From an uncultured Clostridia bacterium (GTDB taxonomy: Bacteria; Bacillota; Clostridia; Christensenellales; Borkfalkiaceae), in contig CAJFGA010000002.1 in NCBI GenBank assembly GCA_904374385.1, positions 3,166 to 67,165 of the forward strand: a stretch of DNA of 64,000 nucleotides, written 5' to 3'. Both the position numbers and the translations under genes were made by a program. Positions within the stretch are counted from its first letter, which is position 1, and the number at the start of each line of letters is the position of its first letter. This document shows positions 1-9,630 of the stretch, piece by piece. The notes under the pieces are model-generated. The model was not told the DNA's origin. It did not search any database and was given only the letters and a program-made list of their open reading frames with translations.

Positions 1-156
1 GCCGATTATATGAAGTCTGATTTTATCGAAATGGGCGTCAACGACTCGGAGATCCACGTCGACTTTATGATCGGCGCGGAGGATTTGAGCATCATCGGCG
101 TCACCAAAGACGGCGCGCGCGTCCCGGTGTTCAAAGACGGAACATGGGCGTTCTGA
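1..156 (+). CDS. Aminopeptidase (M29/PepS-like), 3' end only
   Basis: Frame 1 reads GVNDSEIHVDFMIG...FKDGTWAF*, paralogous to the C-terminus of the next gene. Confidence 0.85.
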   Translation, partial: ADYMKSDFIEMGVNDSEIHVDFMIGAEDLSIIGVTKDGARVPVFKDGTWAF

Positions 157-166
157 GGGGGTCATT

Positions 167-1402
167 ATGCAGAAGACGATCTTAAAAAATTACGCTAAAT
201 TGCTCGCCCGTTCCGGGCTGAACGTACAAAAGGGACAGGACGTAATCGTCACGGCGGATATAGCGCAGGCGGAATTTGTTCTCTTGGTCGCTGAAGAATG
301 CTACCGGGCGGGCGCACGCCGCGTTTTTCCGGAGTGGACGTATCAATCCCTGACCCGCATGCAGGCGCAAGAGCGCTCGCTCGAACAGCTTTCCCGCGTC
401 CTCCCGTGGGAGGAAGAGGGGCTGCGGCGGCAAAGCAAAACGCTGCCGGCGCATTTGTATATCATGAGCGAAGATCCTGACGGTATGCACGGCATCGATG
501 CGGAAAAATATGCTGCGGCGATGCAGGCGCGCTCCGCGATCATCAAGCCTTATCACGACGAGAGGGAGAATAAAGACCAGTGGTGCATCGCGGCGGCAGC
601 GGGCGAAGCGTGGGCAAAAAAGGTGTTTCCGCGCGAGAAGAGCGCAGCCGGCGCCCTTGAAAAACTGTGGAGGGCGATCATCTCCTCTTCCCGTGCAAAC
701 GGCAATCCCATGGCAAACTGGGCGGCGCACAACAAAGATCTTTCGGCGCGCTGCGCATTTCTCAACGGGCTTGGCCTTGCCGCCCTCGAATACAGAAGTT
801 CAAACGGCACCGATTTCCGGGTCGGCTTGATGCGGGAGGGCATCTTTGCGGGCGGAGAGGAAACGACCCTTTCCGGCATACCGTTCAACCCCAACATTCC
901 CTCCGAAGAGGTGTATACCAGCCCCAAAAGGGGAGAAGCGGAAGGCATCGTCTATTCGAGCAAGCCGCTCTCTTATCAAGGGCAGCTTATCCGCAATTTT
1001 TCCATACGCTTTGAAGGCGGCAGGGCGGTCGAGGCGCATGCCTCGCAAGGGGAGAGCGTACTCAAAAAGATGCTCGCCATGGATGAGGGGGCTTCCTATC
1101 TCGGCGAATGCGCGCTCGTTCCGTACAATTCGCCGATCAGTAATGCAAAAATGCTCTTTTATAACACCCTCTTCGACGAAAACGCGGCCTGCCATCTCGC
1201 GTTGGGCAGGGGCTTTTCCAACTGCGTGCGCGATTATGCGCAGTACAGCGAAGAGCAGATCAAAGCGCTCGGCGTAAATGATTCGATGATCCATGTTGAC
1301 TTTATGATCGGTACGGATGATTTGGAAATAGTCGGCATTACGCAAACGGGCGCAAGGATCGCCATTTTCAAAGAGGGGAATTGGGCTTTTAAAGTTCAGT
1401 AG
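167..1402 (+). CDS. Aminopeptidase, peptidase M29 family
   Basis: NIPSEEVYTSP, LFDENAACHLALG and NDSMIHVDFMIG metal-binding motifs. Confidence 0.92.
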   Translation: MQKTILKNYAKLLARSGLNVQKGQDVIVTADIAQAEFVLLVAEECYRAGARRVFPEWTYQSLTRMQAQERSLEQLSRVLPWEEEGLRRQSKTLPAHLYIMSEDPDGMHGIDAEKYAAAMQARSAIIKPYHDERENKDQWCIAAAAGEAWAKKVFPREKSAAGALEKLWRAIISSSRANGNPMANWAAHNKDLSARCAFLNGLGLAALEYRSSNGTDFRVGLMREGIFAGGEETTLSGIPFNPNIPSEEVYTSPKRGEAEGIVYSSKPLSYQGQLIRNFSIRFEGGRAVEAHASQGESVLKKMLAMDEGASYLGECALVPYNSPISNAKMLFYNTLFDENAACHLALGRGFSNCVRDYAQYSEEQIKALGVNDSMIHVDFMIGTDDLEIVGITQTGARIAIFKEGNWAFKVQ

Positions 1403-1420
1403 AGCCGTCAGAGAAATATA

Positions 1421-1461
1421 GACGAGGCCGGGCGCCGCATATCGCGGAGCCCGGCCTCGTT
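1421..1461 (+). terminator. GC-rich hairpin after the aminopeptidases
   Basis: gacgaggccgggc...gcccggcctcgtt inverted repeat. Confidence 0.55.
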
Positions 1462-1615
1462 TAAAGGGCCCGCCGTCGCATTATTTTAAGCGGATCCAAG
1501 ATCGACGGTCGCGTCAGACTGTTCGCATGATAGGATTTAACAAAAATATTACAGCCATTTGATTGCGGACGGCATATAAAATTGTTATAATGGAAAAAAC
1601 GGCAAGGAGATTTTT

Positions 1616-2536
1616 ATGAAAAACATACAATTAGGCCGTTCCGGCGTTTCCGTGCCCGCCATTGCGGTAGGGTGCATGCGTTTGAACGGGATCGAAAGGG
1701 CGGCGCGCGAACACTTGATCGCCGCGGCAGTCGAGGGCGGCATGTACTTTTTTGATCACGCGGATATTTACGGGGGAGGATCGTGCGAAACGCTCTTCGG
1801 CGAGGCCGTCCGTGCGCTCAAGATCCCGCGCGAAAAACTCTTTTTACAGTCTAAATGCGGCATCGTGCCCGGTAAAATGTTCGATTTTTCCGAAGAGCAT
1901 ATCGTCGGATCGGTCGAAGGCTCATTGAAACGATTGGGGACGGATCATCTCGACTGCCTGCTCCTTCACAGGCCGGATACGCTCGTTCGCCCGGAAGAGG
2001 TCGCATCTGCCTTTGCTAAGCTGGAAAAGGCGGGTAAGGTGCGCTTTTTCGGCGTATCGAATATGCACCCGATGCAGATAGAACTGATACAGAGCGCCGT
2101 CAAACAGCCGCTCGTCGCCGATCAGCTGCAATTTTCTCCGACCAACGCCACGATGATTTCGGAGGGGCTTGAAGTGAACATGCTGACGGAGGGCGCCGTC
2201 GCGCGCGACGGATATATTTTGGAATACTGCCGCCTGCACCAGATTACGATTCAGGCTTGGTCGCCCTATCAGTACGGTTTTTTTGAGGGGGTTTATCTGC
2301 AAAATGACCGCTTTCCCGCGCTCAATAAGGCTATCGGGGAGATCGGCGAAAAGTACGGCGTAGAAGATGTCGCCGTGGTCGCGGCATGGATCCTGCGCCA
2401 TCCCGCTGACATGCAGATGGTCACGGGCACGATGAACGAAAAGCGCCTGCTTGCCATCGCGAGAGGGGCTGAGGTCGCCCTCGCGCGCGAAGAATGGTAT
2501 CAGATCTATCTCGCAGCCGGGCATATTCTGCCTTGA
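1616..2536 (+). CDS. Aldo/keto reductase
   Basis: FFDHADIYGGG and SLKRLGTDHLDCLLLHRPD motifs. Confidence 0.93.
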   Translation: MKNIQLGRSGVSVPAIAVGCMRLNGIERAAREHLIAAAVEGGMYFFDHADIYGGGSCETLFGEAVRALKIPREKLFLQSKCGIVPGKMFDFSEEHIVGSVEGSLKRLGTDHLDCLLLHRPDTLVRPEEVASAFAKLEKAGKVRFFGVSNMHPMQIELIQSAVKQPLVADQLQFSPTNATMISEGLEVNMLTEGAVARDGYILEYCRLHQITIQAWSPYQYGFFEGVYLQNDRFPALNKAIGEIGEKYGVEDVAVVAAWILRHPADMQMVTGTMNEKRLLAIARGAEVALAREEWYQIYLAAGHILP

Positions 2537-2575
2537 CGGACCGTTCATATTTTGGCAAGGCGCGGAGGGAGATTT

Positions 2576-3238
2576 ATGACTAAAGAAGAGAAGAAAGGGC
2601 ATTGGAAAGATCGGCTTTTGCTGTTTATGCTGTTTATGAAGATCGGGCTGTTTACTTTCGGCGGCGGCTATGCGATGATCAGCCTGATCCGAAGGGAATT
2701 TATCGAAAAGAGAAAATGGGTCACGGCAACCGAATTTACCGATATGATCGCCATTTCCGAGTCGACGCCCGGGCCTCTCGCCATCAACAGCGCTACCTAT
2801 GTAGGGTATAAGATCGGCGGATTTTGGGGCGCTCTTCTATCGACGGTCGGCGTCGTCATCCCTTCCTTCGTCATCATTTATGTCATCTCACTGTTTTTAG
2901 AGCAGTTTCTCGAACTTGCCGCCGTCGCGGCGGCTTTTAAGGGCATTCAGGTCGCCGTTGCGTTTTTGATTTTATCGGCGGGCGTCAAGATGTTCAAAGA
3001 GATGGATAAAACGCCCATTACCGTCATTATGGCGGTTCTCGTTTTTGCCGTCATGATCCTCCTCGACGTGTTTTCCCTCTCTTTCTCCTCTGTTTGGCTC
3101 ATTTTGATCGGCGCGGGAGTCGGGCTTGCCGCCTATTTTATCGGCAGAATTGTCGCGCACAGGCGGCGGCCGCGCGACGGCAGTGACGGGACAGTACAGG
3201 ACGAAGAAGAAAAGCCCGATCGGGAGGAAGAGCAATGA
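2576..3238 (+). CDS. Chromate transporter (short-chain CHR), subunit 1
   Basis: KIGLFTFGGGYAMI and ESTPGP motifs; ATG 2576 follows GGAGG. Confidence 0.92.
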   Translation: MTKEEKKGHWKDRLLLFMLFMKIGLFTFGGGYAMISLIRREFIEKRKWVTATEFTDMIAISESTPGPLAINSATYVGYKIGGFWGALLSTVGVVIPSFVIIYVISLFLEQFLELAAVAAAFKGIQVAVAFLILSAGVKMFKEMDKTPITVIMAVLVFAVMILLDVFSLSFSSVWLILIGAGVGLAAYFIGRIVAHRRRPRDGSDGTVQDEEEKPDREEEQ

Positions 3239-3804
3239 AATATCTGCAGCTTTTTCTCATTTTTTTAAAGATCGGCGCCGTCTCTTTCGGAGGTGGGTAC
3301 AGCATGCTACCGATGGTGCAGGATGAAGTCGTTTCCCGCGGCTGGCTGACGGAAGGGGAGTTGATGAACTTTATCGGCGTCGCCGAATCTACGCCGGGCC
3401 CGATCGCCGTCAATCTCGCCACATTTATCGGTTCGTCGCAGGCAGGGATATTGGGCGCTCTGTGCGCCACGGTCGGCGTGGTTCTTCCGTCCTTCATCAT
3501 CATTTTGATCATAGCGGCCGTCTTTCATTCCTTCCTCAAAAACCGCGTGGTGCAGGGCGCGCTCGTCGGTATCCGCGGGGTCATCGTGGGTTTGATCTGT
3601 GCCACGGGGGTATGGATGGCGGTGCAGCTCTTTTTTCTGTCCGGCAGCGACGGCGGCTTCGGTTTTGACTGGCGCGCCGTCGTCATTGCGGTCGGTCTAT
3701 CGGCAGAAACGCTTCTCTTTAAGAAATGTCTGAAACGTTCCGCTTCGCCTATTTTGCTCATCTTGACGGCAGCGGCGCTCGGATTGATTTTGTATATGAT
3801 TTAA
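3235..3804 (+). CDS. Chromate transporter (short-chain CHR), subunit 2
   Basis: KIGAVSFGGGY and ESTPGPIAVN; ATGA overlap with the previous gene. Confidence 0.92.
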   Translation: MKYLQLFLIFLKIGAVSFGGGYSMLPMVQDEVVSRGWLTEGELMNFIGVAESTPGPIAVNLATFIGSSQAGILGALCATVGVVLPSFIIILIIAAVFHSFLKNRVVQGALVGIRGVIVGLICATGVWMAVQLFFLSGSDGGFGFDWRAVVIAVGLSAETLLFKKCLKRSASPILLILTAAALGLILYMI

Positions 3805-4004
3805 AATGGGAAAAAAGGGACACTTATTTTGCAAAAGATGTCTCTTTCATGTATTGAAAGCGCATGCGGGCGTGGATCGGGATTTTTTGGCTGTCCTGCG
3901 TAAAGGGGCTGCGCCTTTGCCATCGCGGAGGTCGCCGCATCGGTCGGATCTTGGTATAATAATATGCGGCTCCGCCAAAGCGGAGCCGCAGGGTCTTGAT
4001 TTTT

Positions 4005-4514
4005 TCAGATGACAGCGATCTGGCAGGCGCGCATCGCCTCGAGGGCGTTTTTATGCCTTTCGGGCGTGACGCCGGCGCAGCAGCTTTCTCGCACGGTTAC
4101 CTGTGTTTCCGGGCAAAACGCCTTGATCAGCATAGCGTTGGATATGACGCAGATATCCGTACATAAGCCGATCAGTTCAACGGCATCATAGCCAACCGAT
4201 CTGACCGTTTCGGCAAGGGCAACGCTGCCGAACGCAGGCTTGTCAAATATTTCCCCCAAAACGGGGATATCCGCTGCGATCTGCCACCCCAAACTGCCCC
4301 GAATGCAGTGGGGAACGGGCAGATTTTTTCCCTCTTGCGTGGCAAGGTAGTCCGCTTCGTGCGTGTCGCGCGTATAGGCGATCGCTTCGCCCGCTTTCTG
4401 CGCGGCCATGATTCGCCTGCGCACGTTTTCGACGATGTTTAGCGCCTCTTTTGTGCCGAGGGCACCGTCGATGAAATCGTTCTGCATATCGATGACGGCA
4501 AGAAGTCTTTTCAT
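4005..4514 (-). CDS. Isochorismatase/nicotinamidase-family cysteine hydrolase
   Basis: IDMQNDF, TRDTH and GLCTDICV motifs. Confidence 0.9.
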   Translation of the reverse strand: MKRLLAVIDMQNDFIDGALGTKEALNIVENVRRRIMAAQKAGEAIAYTRDTHEADYLATQEGKNLPVPHCIRGSLGWQIAADIPVLGEIFDKPAFGSVALAETVRSVGYDAVELIGLCTDICVISNAMLIKAFCPETQVTVRESCCAGVTPERHKNALEAMRACQIAVI

Positions 4515-4515
4515 A

Positions 4516-5121
4516 TCAATCGATGAAAGGGCGGATTTTTTTGATCAAATTATCCGCGATCAGCCGTGCGCCGCGGTGGGTTGGATGGATGCCGTCTAAG
4601 GAATAAGCCGAAACGCTGACCGACATCGATACGCCGGCAAAAATTTCATCCAATGCGATATAGGCGTCGGCATATTGCGCTTCGATGCGTTTGACTGCGG
4701 CCAAAACCATATCAAAATCTTTGCGCATCCGTTTTTTGTCGGGAACATCCAGCAGGAAAGGCTCTGCAATGATCAAAACGGTGCCGGACTCTTTTATTTT
4801 TTGTACCACTTGCAGATAAGTCTGTTCAAAGATCTGCGAGTCAAATATCGTACCTTCCGTATATTTGTGCAGCACGTCGTTGATGCCGGCAAGCAGAATG
4901 ACGATATCTGCTTTTTCCGCAAGGCATTCGTCCAATCGCGCCGCTATATCGCCGATCTTATTGCCCGATATACCCCTGTTGACGAAGGTAAATGTCTTGT
5001 CCTCATATAGCGGCGGCAGCTTTTCAGACAGCAATTTGACGTATCCGTCGCCGAGATCGGCCGGGTCGTTTTTGTTGCGTTCGGAATCTGTAATGGAATC
5101 ACCGATAAATAGAATTTTCAT
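4516..5121 (-). CDS. SGNH/GDSL hydrolase
   Basis: FIGDSITD, NRGISG, GINDV and DGIHP blocks. Confidence 0.92.
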   Translation of the reverse strand: MKILFIGDSITDSERNKNDPADLGDGYVKLLSEKLPPLYEDKTFTFVNRGISGNKIGDIAARLDECLAEKADIVILLAGINDVLHKYTEGTIFDSQIFEQTYLQVVQKIKESGTVLIIAEPFLLDVPDKKRMRKDFDMVLAAVKRIEAQYADAYIALDEIFAGVSMSVSVSAYSLDGIHPTHRGARLIADNLIKKIRPFID

Positions 5122-5654
5122 TTTACTCCCTCGATTATTTTTTTGTAGTTGTCGATGCTGTGCTGAATGATGGCAATGGCGCTGTCTCTGCCCATGATCT
5201 CTTTTACGGCAGTCGTCTTGTGTTCGAGCGCCTTATATACCTCGAAAAAGTGGTGCATTTCTTCAAAAATATGGTTCGGTAGCTGTGAAATATCGCTGTA
5301 AATATTATAGGTCGGCTCTTTGAAGGGGATCGCGATGATCTTTTCGTCCATCTTGCCGTCATCCATCATGTTGATGACGCCGATAGGGTAGCATTCCACC
5401 ATTGTCGCGGGCAGGATAGGTTCGCTGCATAAAACGAGCACGTCGAGCGGGTCGCCGTCGTCGGCGAGCGTGCGCGGGATAAAACCATAGCTTGCCGGAT
5501 AGACGGTCGAAGTATACAAGACTCTGTCCAATCGCAAAACGCCCGTTTCTTTATCCAGTTCGTATTTGCTTTTAGAGCCTTTCTGGATTTCGATATAACA
5601 CATAAAATCTGTCGTTTTTATGCGTTCTTCGGAGATATCGTGCCAAATATTCAT
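5118..5654 (-). CDS. ppa: Inorganic pyrophosphatase (family I)
   Basis: KYELDK, YGFIPRTL and DGDPLDVLV motifs. Confidence 0.95.
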   Translation of the reverse strand: MNIWHDISEERIKTTDFMCYIEIQKGSKSKYELDKETGVLRLDRVLYTSTVYPASYGFIPRTLADDGDPLDVLVLCSEPILPATMVECYPIGVINMMDDGKMDEKIIAIPFKEPTYNIYSDISQLPNHIFEEMHHFFEVYKALEHKTTAVKEIMGRDSAIAIIQHSIDNYKKIIEGVK

Positions 5655-5769
5655 AATAACTACCTGCTTTTTCTATTATTTTAACACAAGTTTGCCCCTT
5701 ACGCAATACTTACATGAAAATTTAATTGAAAAAAATGCAAAAGTTTTTTCCAAAACGTCGAAATTAACT

Positions 5770-5798
5770 TTGACAATCTCCTCCGGATATGCTATTAT
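5770..5798 (+). promoter_or_regulatory. SigA promoter of tRNA-Ser
   Basis: TTGACA-17 nt-TATTAT. Confidence 0.7.
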
Positions 5799-5838
5799 AT
5801 TATAGCGCGGCACGCAAAGGTCCGCGTGAGCCTTCAGT

Positions 5839-5929
5839 GCAGAAGTACCCAAGTGGCTCAAGGGGCTCCCCTGCTAAGGGAGTAGTACGGGAAACCGTAG
5901 CGCGGGTTCAAATCCCGCCTTCTGCGCCA
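5839..5929 (+). tRNA. tRNA-Ser(GCT), prophage integration target
   Basis: Acceptor stem GCAGAAG/CTTCTGC, anticodon arm ctccc-ctGCTaa-gggag, long variable arm tacgg-gaaa-ccgta, T-loop GGTTCAAATCC, encoded CCA. Confidence 0.96.
5911..5929 (+). repeat. attL core
   Basis: Identical to 43784-43802. Confidence 0.93.
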
Positions 5930-5933
5930 TATC

Positions 5934-5986
5934 ATGAAAGCCGCTGTTTTTGGGGTATTTTGCCCTAAAAACGGCGGCTTTTTCAT
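5934..5986. terminator. Hairpin between the tRNA and the convergent integrase gene
   Basis: gaaagccgctgtttttggg...ccctaaaaacggcggcttttt. Confidence 0.75.
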
Positions 5987-6022
5987 ATAAAGTATTCTGC
6001 ATTATGCTGTGTTTTGGTGTGT

Positions 6023-6045
6023 TTTGTTACTAAATTTGTTACTAA
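6023..6045. repeat. Putative integrase arm-type sites
   Basis: TTTGTTACTAA repeated directly twice beside attL. Confidence 0.55.
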
Positions 6046-6046
6046 T

Positions 6047-7177
6047 TTATAGTTTGGCTATGATTTCGCGTTTGTCGCTTTCGTAGAGATGCCCGTAAGT
6101 CTTTGTGACCTGTTCGACCGTATCGCCGATCAGATCGGCAACGACCATAAGATTTGCGCCCAAATGTATGAGCATGGAGACAAAAGAATGTCTTAAATCG
6201 TGAATGCGAATAGGCGGCACGTCGGCTTTTGTACAGTATGCCCTGAAAGCCCGGCGCAGTGTATTGTCGGCAATCGGGGCATTTCCCCCGAAGAAGAACG
6301 GGGATTCGCCGTGATAGTTCTTTAATTCTTCTTGTACGGTAGGGCAAACAGGGATCTCTTGAACCTTGTCCGCTTTGGTCGATGTGATTTCAAAAGGCTG
6401 CCCGTTGAAAGTTTTGCGCGTAAGCGACTTGTCGAACACAATGCTGTTGGCGTTGATGTCAGCCGGGGTAAGAGCAAATATCTCACCCTTGCGTCTGCCC
6501 GTATAAAACAGCAAGGTGAAAAAAGCATGATACATTGGGTCGTCAACAACGGAAATGAAACGTTCAAATTCTTCCTTTGTCCAAATCTGCATTTTTGTTT
6601 TCTGTCCGCGGCGTTTCGGACGCTGAACTTCGGGCAAATGATTTTTAATGCCGTAACGGCTTTCGCACCATGCGAGAAAAGTCTGAAAATGCGTCCGTAT
6701 CGACATTAAGTATTTATAACTGTAAAATTGTCCGTTGCGCGGGTTTTTCGTTTTCCACAGGGAATCCTGCCAACGGTAGAGGGCCTCTTTCGAGAGGTCT
6801 TTGATTTTCGTATTTTCAAAATATGGAAAAACAAAAATGCTGTAAATTTTCTTTTTTGCGTAAATCGAACTCGCCTTGTTTTGGTTGAATAAAGTTGCCA
6901 TATATTCCCGAACGAGGTCTCCGACAAGCAGATCCTGCTTTATCGGATCTTTTTTCTTAATCGGGTTGTTTTTTACAAGCTGGCATTTTTGCGTTATAAA
7001 GTCGGTATATCCCTCTTTGGCAAGAGTTTTTGTGGCGAAGCCTGATAGCCTTTTCTGCTTTTCGCACCCGTCCAAGGTGACGATGCGAAATACAACGTCA
7101 TATACCTTCCCGCGCCGCGTCATACGCTCTTGCAAGCTGTATTTAGTTGAAGATATGTAAAATTCAGCGGTTGGCAT
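6047..7177 (-). CDS. int: Tyrosine integrase
   Basis: YTGRRKGE, IHDLRHS and TKTYGH catalytic motifs; N-terminal arm-binding-like region. Confidence 0.95.
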   Translation of the reverse strand: MPTAEFYISSTKYSLQERMTRRGKVYDVVFRIVTLDGCEKQKRLSGFATKTLAKEGYTDFITQKCQLVKNNPIKKKDPIKQDLLVGDLVREYMATLFNQNKASSIYAKKKIYSIFVFPYFENTKIKDLSKEALYRWQDSLWKTKNPRNGQFYSYKYLMSIRTHFQTFLAWCESRYGIKNHLPEVQRPKRRGQKTKMQIWTKEEFERFISVVDDPMYHAFFTLLFYTGRRKGEIFALTPADINANSIVFDKSLTRKTFNGQPFEITSTKADKVQEIPVCPTVQEELKNYHGESPFFFGGNAPIADNTLRRAFRAYCTKADVPPIRIHDLRHSFVSMLIHLGANLMVVADLIGDTVEQVTKTYGHLYESDKREIIAKL

Positions 7178-7599
7178 TATAACATTCCTTTTCTTTGGTA
7201 ATAATCAATAATATCCCGATAAGTAAACAAATCTATATCTAAACTCTCCGCGGCGGCATATTCCGTGTCGTTTTCGCGGAGGGCCTTTTTTAATTCATCA
7301 AGAGGCACTAATAACTTGCATGCCTCGTCACTTGCTTTACGCTCGGCTTTGGCTATATTTTGCCGATATAATGGATTGCAGTAATCTTGCAAGTAATACA
7401 TCCGATCGCTCCTGCAATGCCCGAGTTCATGTGCTAAAATAGCACGTTCTTCACGTTCCCCGGCGATCATGCGTATATTCATCAAAATGTGGTATCCGCG
7501 GTTGATTTTAATAGCACATGCTTTTCTGTTGTCAATTTTCCAAGGAACCACTGTAATCCCTTTTTGATCGGCATACCCATATAATTCCGCTAAATTCAT
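7177..7599 (-). CDS. ImmA/IrrE-family metallopeptidase (anti-repressor)
   Basis: LAHELGH motif; lies between int and the repressor. Confidence 0.88.
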   Translation of the reverse strand: MNLAELYGYADQKGITVVPWKIDNRKACAIKINRGYHILMNIRMIAGEREERAILAHELGHCRSDRMYYLQDYCNPLYRQNIAKAERKASDEACKLLVPLDELKKALRENDTEYAAAESLDIDLFTYRDIIDYYQRKGML

Positions 7600-7661
7600 A
7601 TCGTCTCATCCCCTTGTGCGGGCATTATAGCAAAGTAATGTTGACAGACATTGTCAAGTAT

Positions 7662-8051
7662 TTATTTTTTTTCGGGTTTTTCTTGAGATTTTCTGAACTC
7701 AATATATTTTAATATATCTTTCATGCTTTCATCAGAAAGCCCGTCCAGCCCTTCATAAAAGGCAAACTGATACGGCTTTAGTGAATCAGGCACTTTCATG
7801 CTCTCCTGCTCTGCAGGGGAGCTTTTTTCATCCCTACCGAGAAGGTAGTCGGTGGAAACACTAAAGAAGTCCGCTAATAACTTTAGTGTTTCATTATCAG
7901 GTTCTGATTTGCTAAGTTCCCACATGCGAACAGTGCTTTCTCCCTTGTTTACTTTTTTTCCAAGTTCGGCTTGTGTTAGCCTTGCTGTTTCTCGAAGCAT
8001 TTTAATGCGCTTGCCTACAGATTGATTAACCGCTTTTGTTCTGTCTCCCAT
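7662..8051 (-). CDS. CI-like XRE repressor
   Basis: HTH LTQAELG...STVRMWE...VSTDYLLG; ATG 8051 with GGAGG RBS. Confidence 0.9.
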   Translation of the reverse strand: MGDRTKAVNQSVGKRIKMLRETARLTQAELGKKVNKGESTVRMWELSKSEPDNETLKLLADFFSVSTDYLLGRDEKSSPAEQESMKVPDSLKPYQFAFYEGLDGLSDESMKDILKYIEFRKSQEKPEKK

Positions 8052-8062
8052 GGAACGCCTCC

Positions 8063-8187
8063 GCAACTGTTTTGCTATCAATTATAATTATAGCAACTTT
8101 TTTGCTGATTTCAAGAAATTTTTCAAGAAAATACTTGACAGCAATAAAATTGCGGTGTATAATATAACCATACAGCAACAATATTGC
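8063..8187. promoter_or_regulatory. Lysis/lysogeny switch: rightward promoter and four GCAA-N5-TTGC operators
   Basis: TTGACA(8135)-17-TATAAT(8158); palindromes at 8063, 8093, 8141 and 8175, with a fifth at 8792. Confidence 0.8.
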
Positions 8188-8204
8188 TGTAAAAGTAGGG
8201 AGGG

Positions 8205-8546
8205 CAAAACAAAAAGACCGAGCAGCCAACTCGATCTTTAAGCCCCACAAATTTTTATTCGCACCTTGCAGTTTACAATGTGCTTTTACGTGCACTAACA
8301 GAAGGTAGATAGGGTGTGCACGACCTTATACTATCTTACCAACAGGTTTTACGCCTCTCGGCAGAAATGTAAACACGGATATGGCTAATACGTTCTTGAG
8401 GCTGTAACACTTTAAGCCGCTGTGAGGTGCGGCTTTGGAAAGAAATTCCGATACGCCCTTTAGCAGTTACACTTAGCGAAAACGGGCAAATTCAAAAGTT
8501 TGGCTAACATGGAGCCCTCCCTATTTGAAATTCGCCGTAAGGCATA
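8205..8546 (-). ncRNA. Candidate structured RNA with sORF and two predicted pseudoknots
   Basis: TTGACT-17-TATAAT promoter with extended -10 TG (8580-8552); terminator at 8240-8211; several complementary stems; no long ORF. Confidence 0.6.
8460..8510 (-). CDS. 16-aa sORF MLAKLLNLPVFAKCNC
   Basis: GGGAGG RBS shortly before the ATG, within the candidate RNA. Confidence 0.45.
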   Translation of the reverse strand: MLAKLLNLPVFAKCNC

Positions 8547-8591
8547 AGACTATTATAGCATTGCTATCAATATAAGTCAACATTAAAGGAG

Positions 8592-8786
8592 GTGAGCACT
8601 TTGACATTGAAAGCATTTCGGAAAAGTAAAAATCTTTCACAAGAAGATTTTGCTCATAGTATTGGATATACGCTTTCAATGGTCGCTAAGATTGAGGCGG
8701 GGCGAGTAAAGGCTTCGCGGAATTTTATCGACCGTGTAAAAAAGATATATCCTGATATCAATATTGAACAAGTTTTTTTTAGCTAA
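8592..8786 (+). CDS. Cro-like XRE HTH protein
   Basis: LSQEDFAHSIG...AKIEAG; AAGGAG RBS; divergent from CI. Confidence 0.8.
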   Translation: MSTLTLKAFRKSKNLSQEDFAHSIGYTLSMVAKIEAGRVKASRNFIDRVKKIYPDINIEQVFFS

Positions 8787-9009
8787 AAACAGCAATTATG
8801 TTGCTGGAAGGAGAATGAGCAGAAATGGAAAAGGAGTTTATAAAAAATCCTCCGTCATAGGAGGAGACGGAGGCGGCACAATGAACGAGGAGAAAGGATA
8901 TATAAAAATAACAGCTGATACGACGGAAGTTACTCTGTCATACCGGCTGCAATCTAATACGTTAGATAGAATATTAAAAATAGTGGAGCGGGCAACAAGT
9001 AAGAAGCTA

Positions 9010-9630
9010 TTAAAGCATTTGTTTTGCCAAAGTCGTAGCATAAGCCGCAAGGAATAATTCGACAAGTCTTTTTACTTGTGTTCCCATAAATTTGAAAAAT
9101 TTTTTGATTTTGGATTCTTCAATTTTCTCTTTGTTTTCGATTGCAGTTTTGAAGATGGAAATCATTTCTTTATAGTCTTTAACATGATAGCAATTGTTAA
9201 TAACGTTTTCCAAGTCAAATAGAATTTTAGTGTAATTCATTTCTTGGCTTATGATACTCGATACATTGATATCATTCAGCGAAGCGCCTGTTGCATTTAT
9301 GTTTATTGAGCTATTTGTGTTTTGTGTAATGTAAGAGGGAAGATTCAAAGGTTGCTCTTCATAAATAATTTTTTGGACAGCAAAAGTATGGTTGCTTATT
9401 GTAATTTGAGCATTTGAGTCTACTTCTTTAACAAAATAACTCATATCATTTTTGTCAACTATTTGATCGTTTTTCTTAAAAATATATTTATTAAAGCAAA
9501 TAAATAAAGTATTTTCTTCTTTTTTCTTAATAGCGGAAAATGTAGGATAATCAGATGCTATGACAACATATTTTTGACTTTCTGTAAGCGAAGCAAATTT
9601 AATAGAGTCATAGATCTTACCGATGATCAT
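9010..9630 (-). CDS. AT-rich hypothetical protein (moron)
   Basis: Own TTGACA(9682)-17-TATAAT(9659) promoter, GAGGTG RBS, downstream hairpin plus T-tract at ~8873-8840. Confidence 0.75.
   Translation of the reverse strand: MIIGKIYDSIKFASLTESQKYVVIASDYPTFSAIKKKEENTLFICFNKYIFKKNDQIVDKNDMSYFVKEVDSNAQITISNHTFAVQKIIYEEQPLNLPSYITQNTNSSININATGASLNDINVSSIISQEMNYTKILFDLENVINNCYHVKDYKEMISIFKTAIENKEKIEESKIKKFFKFMGTQVKRLVELFLAAYATTLAKQML

Noticed and set aside
8205-8546. Bona fide tmRNA (ssrA)
   Set aside because: No tRNA-like acceptor or T-arm (GGTTCRA..CC, CCA), and the sORF has its own RBS/ATG and lacks an Ala-Ala end
8764-9057. + strand ORF after cro
   Set aside because: Overlaps the moron 3' end and its terminator; no recognisable domain, so not called
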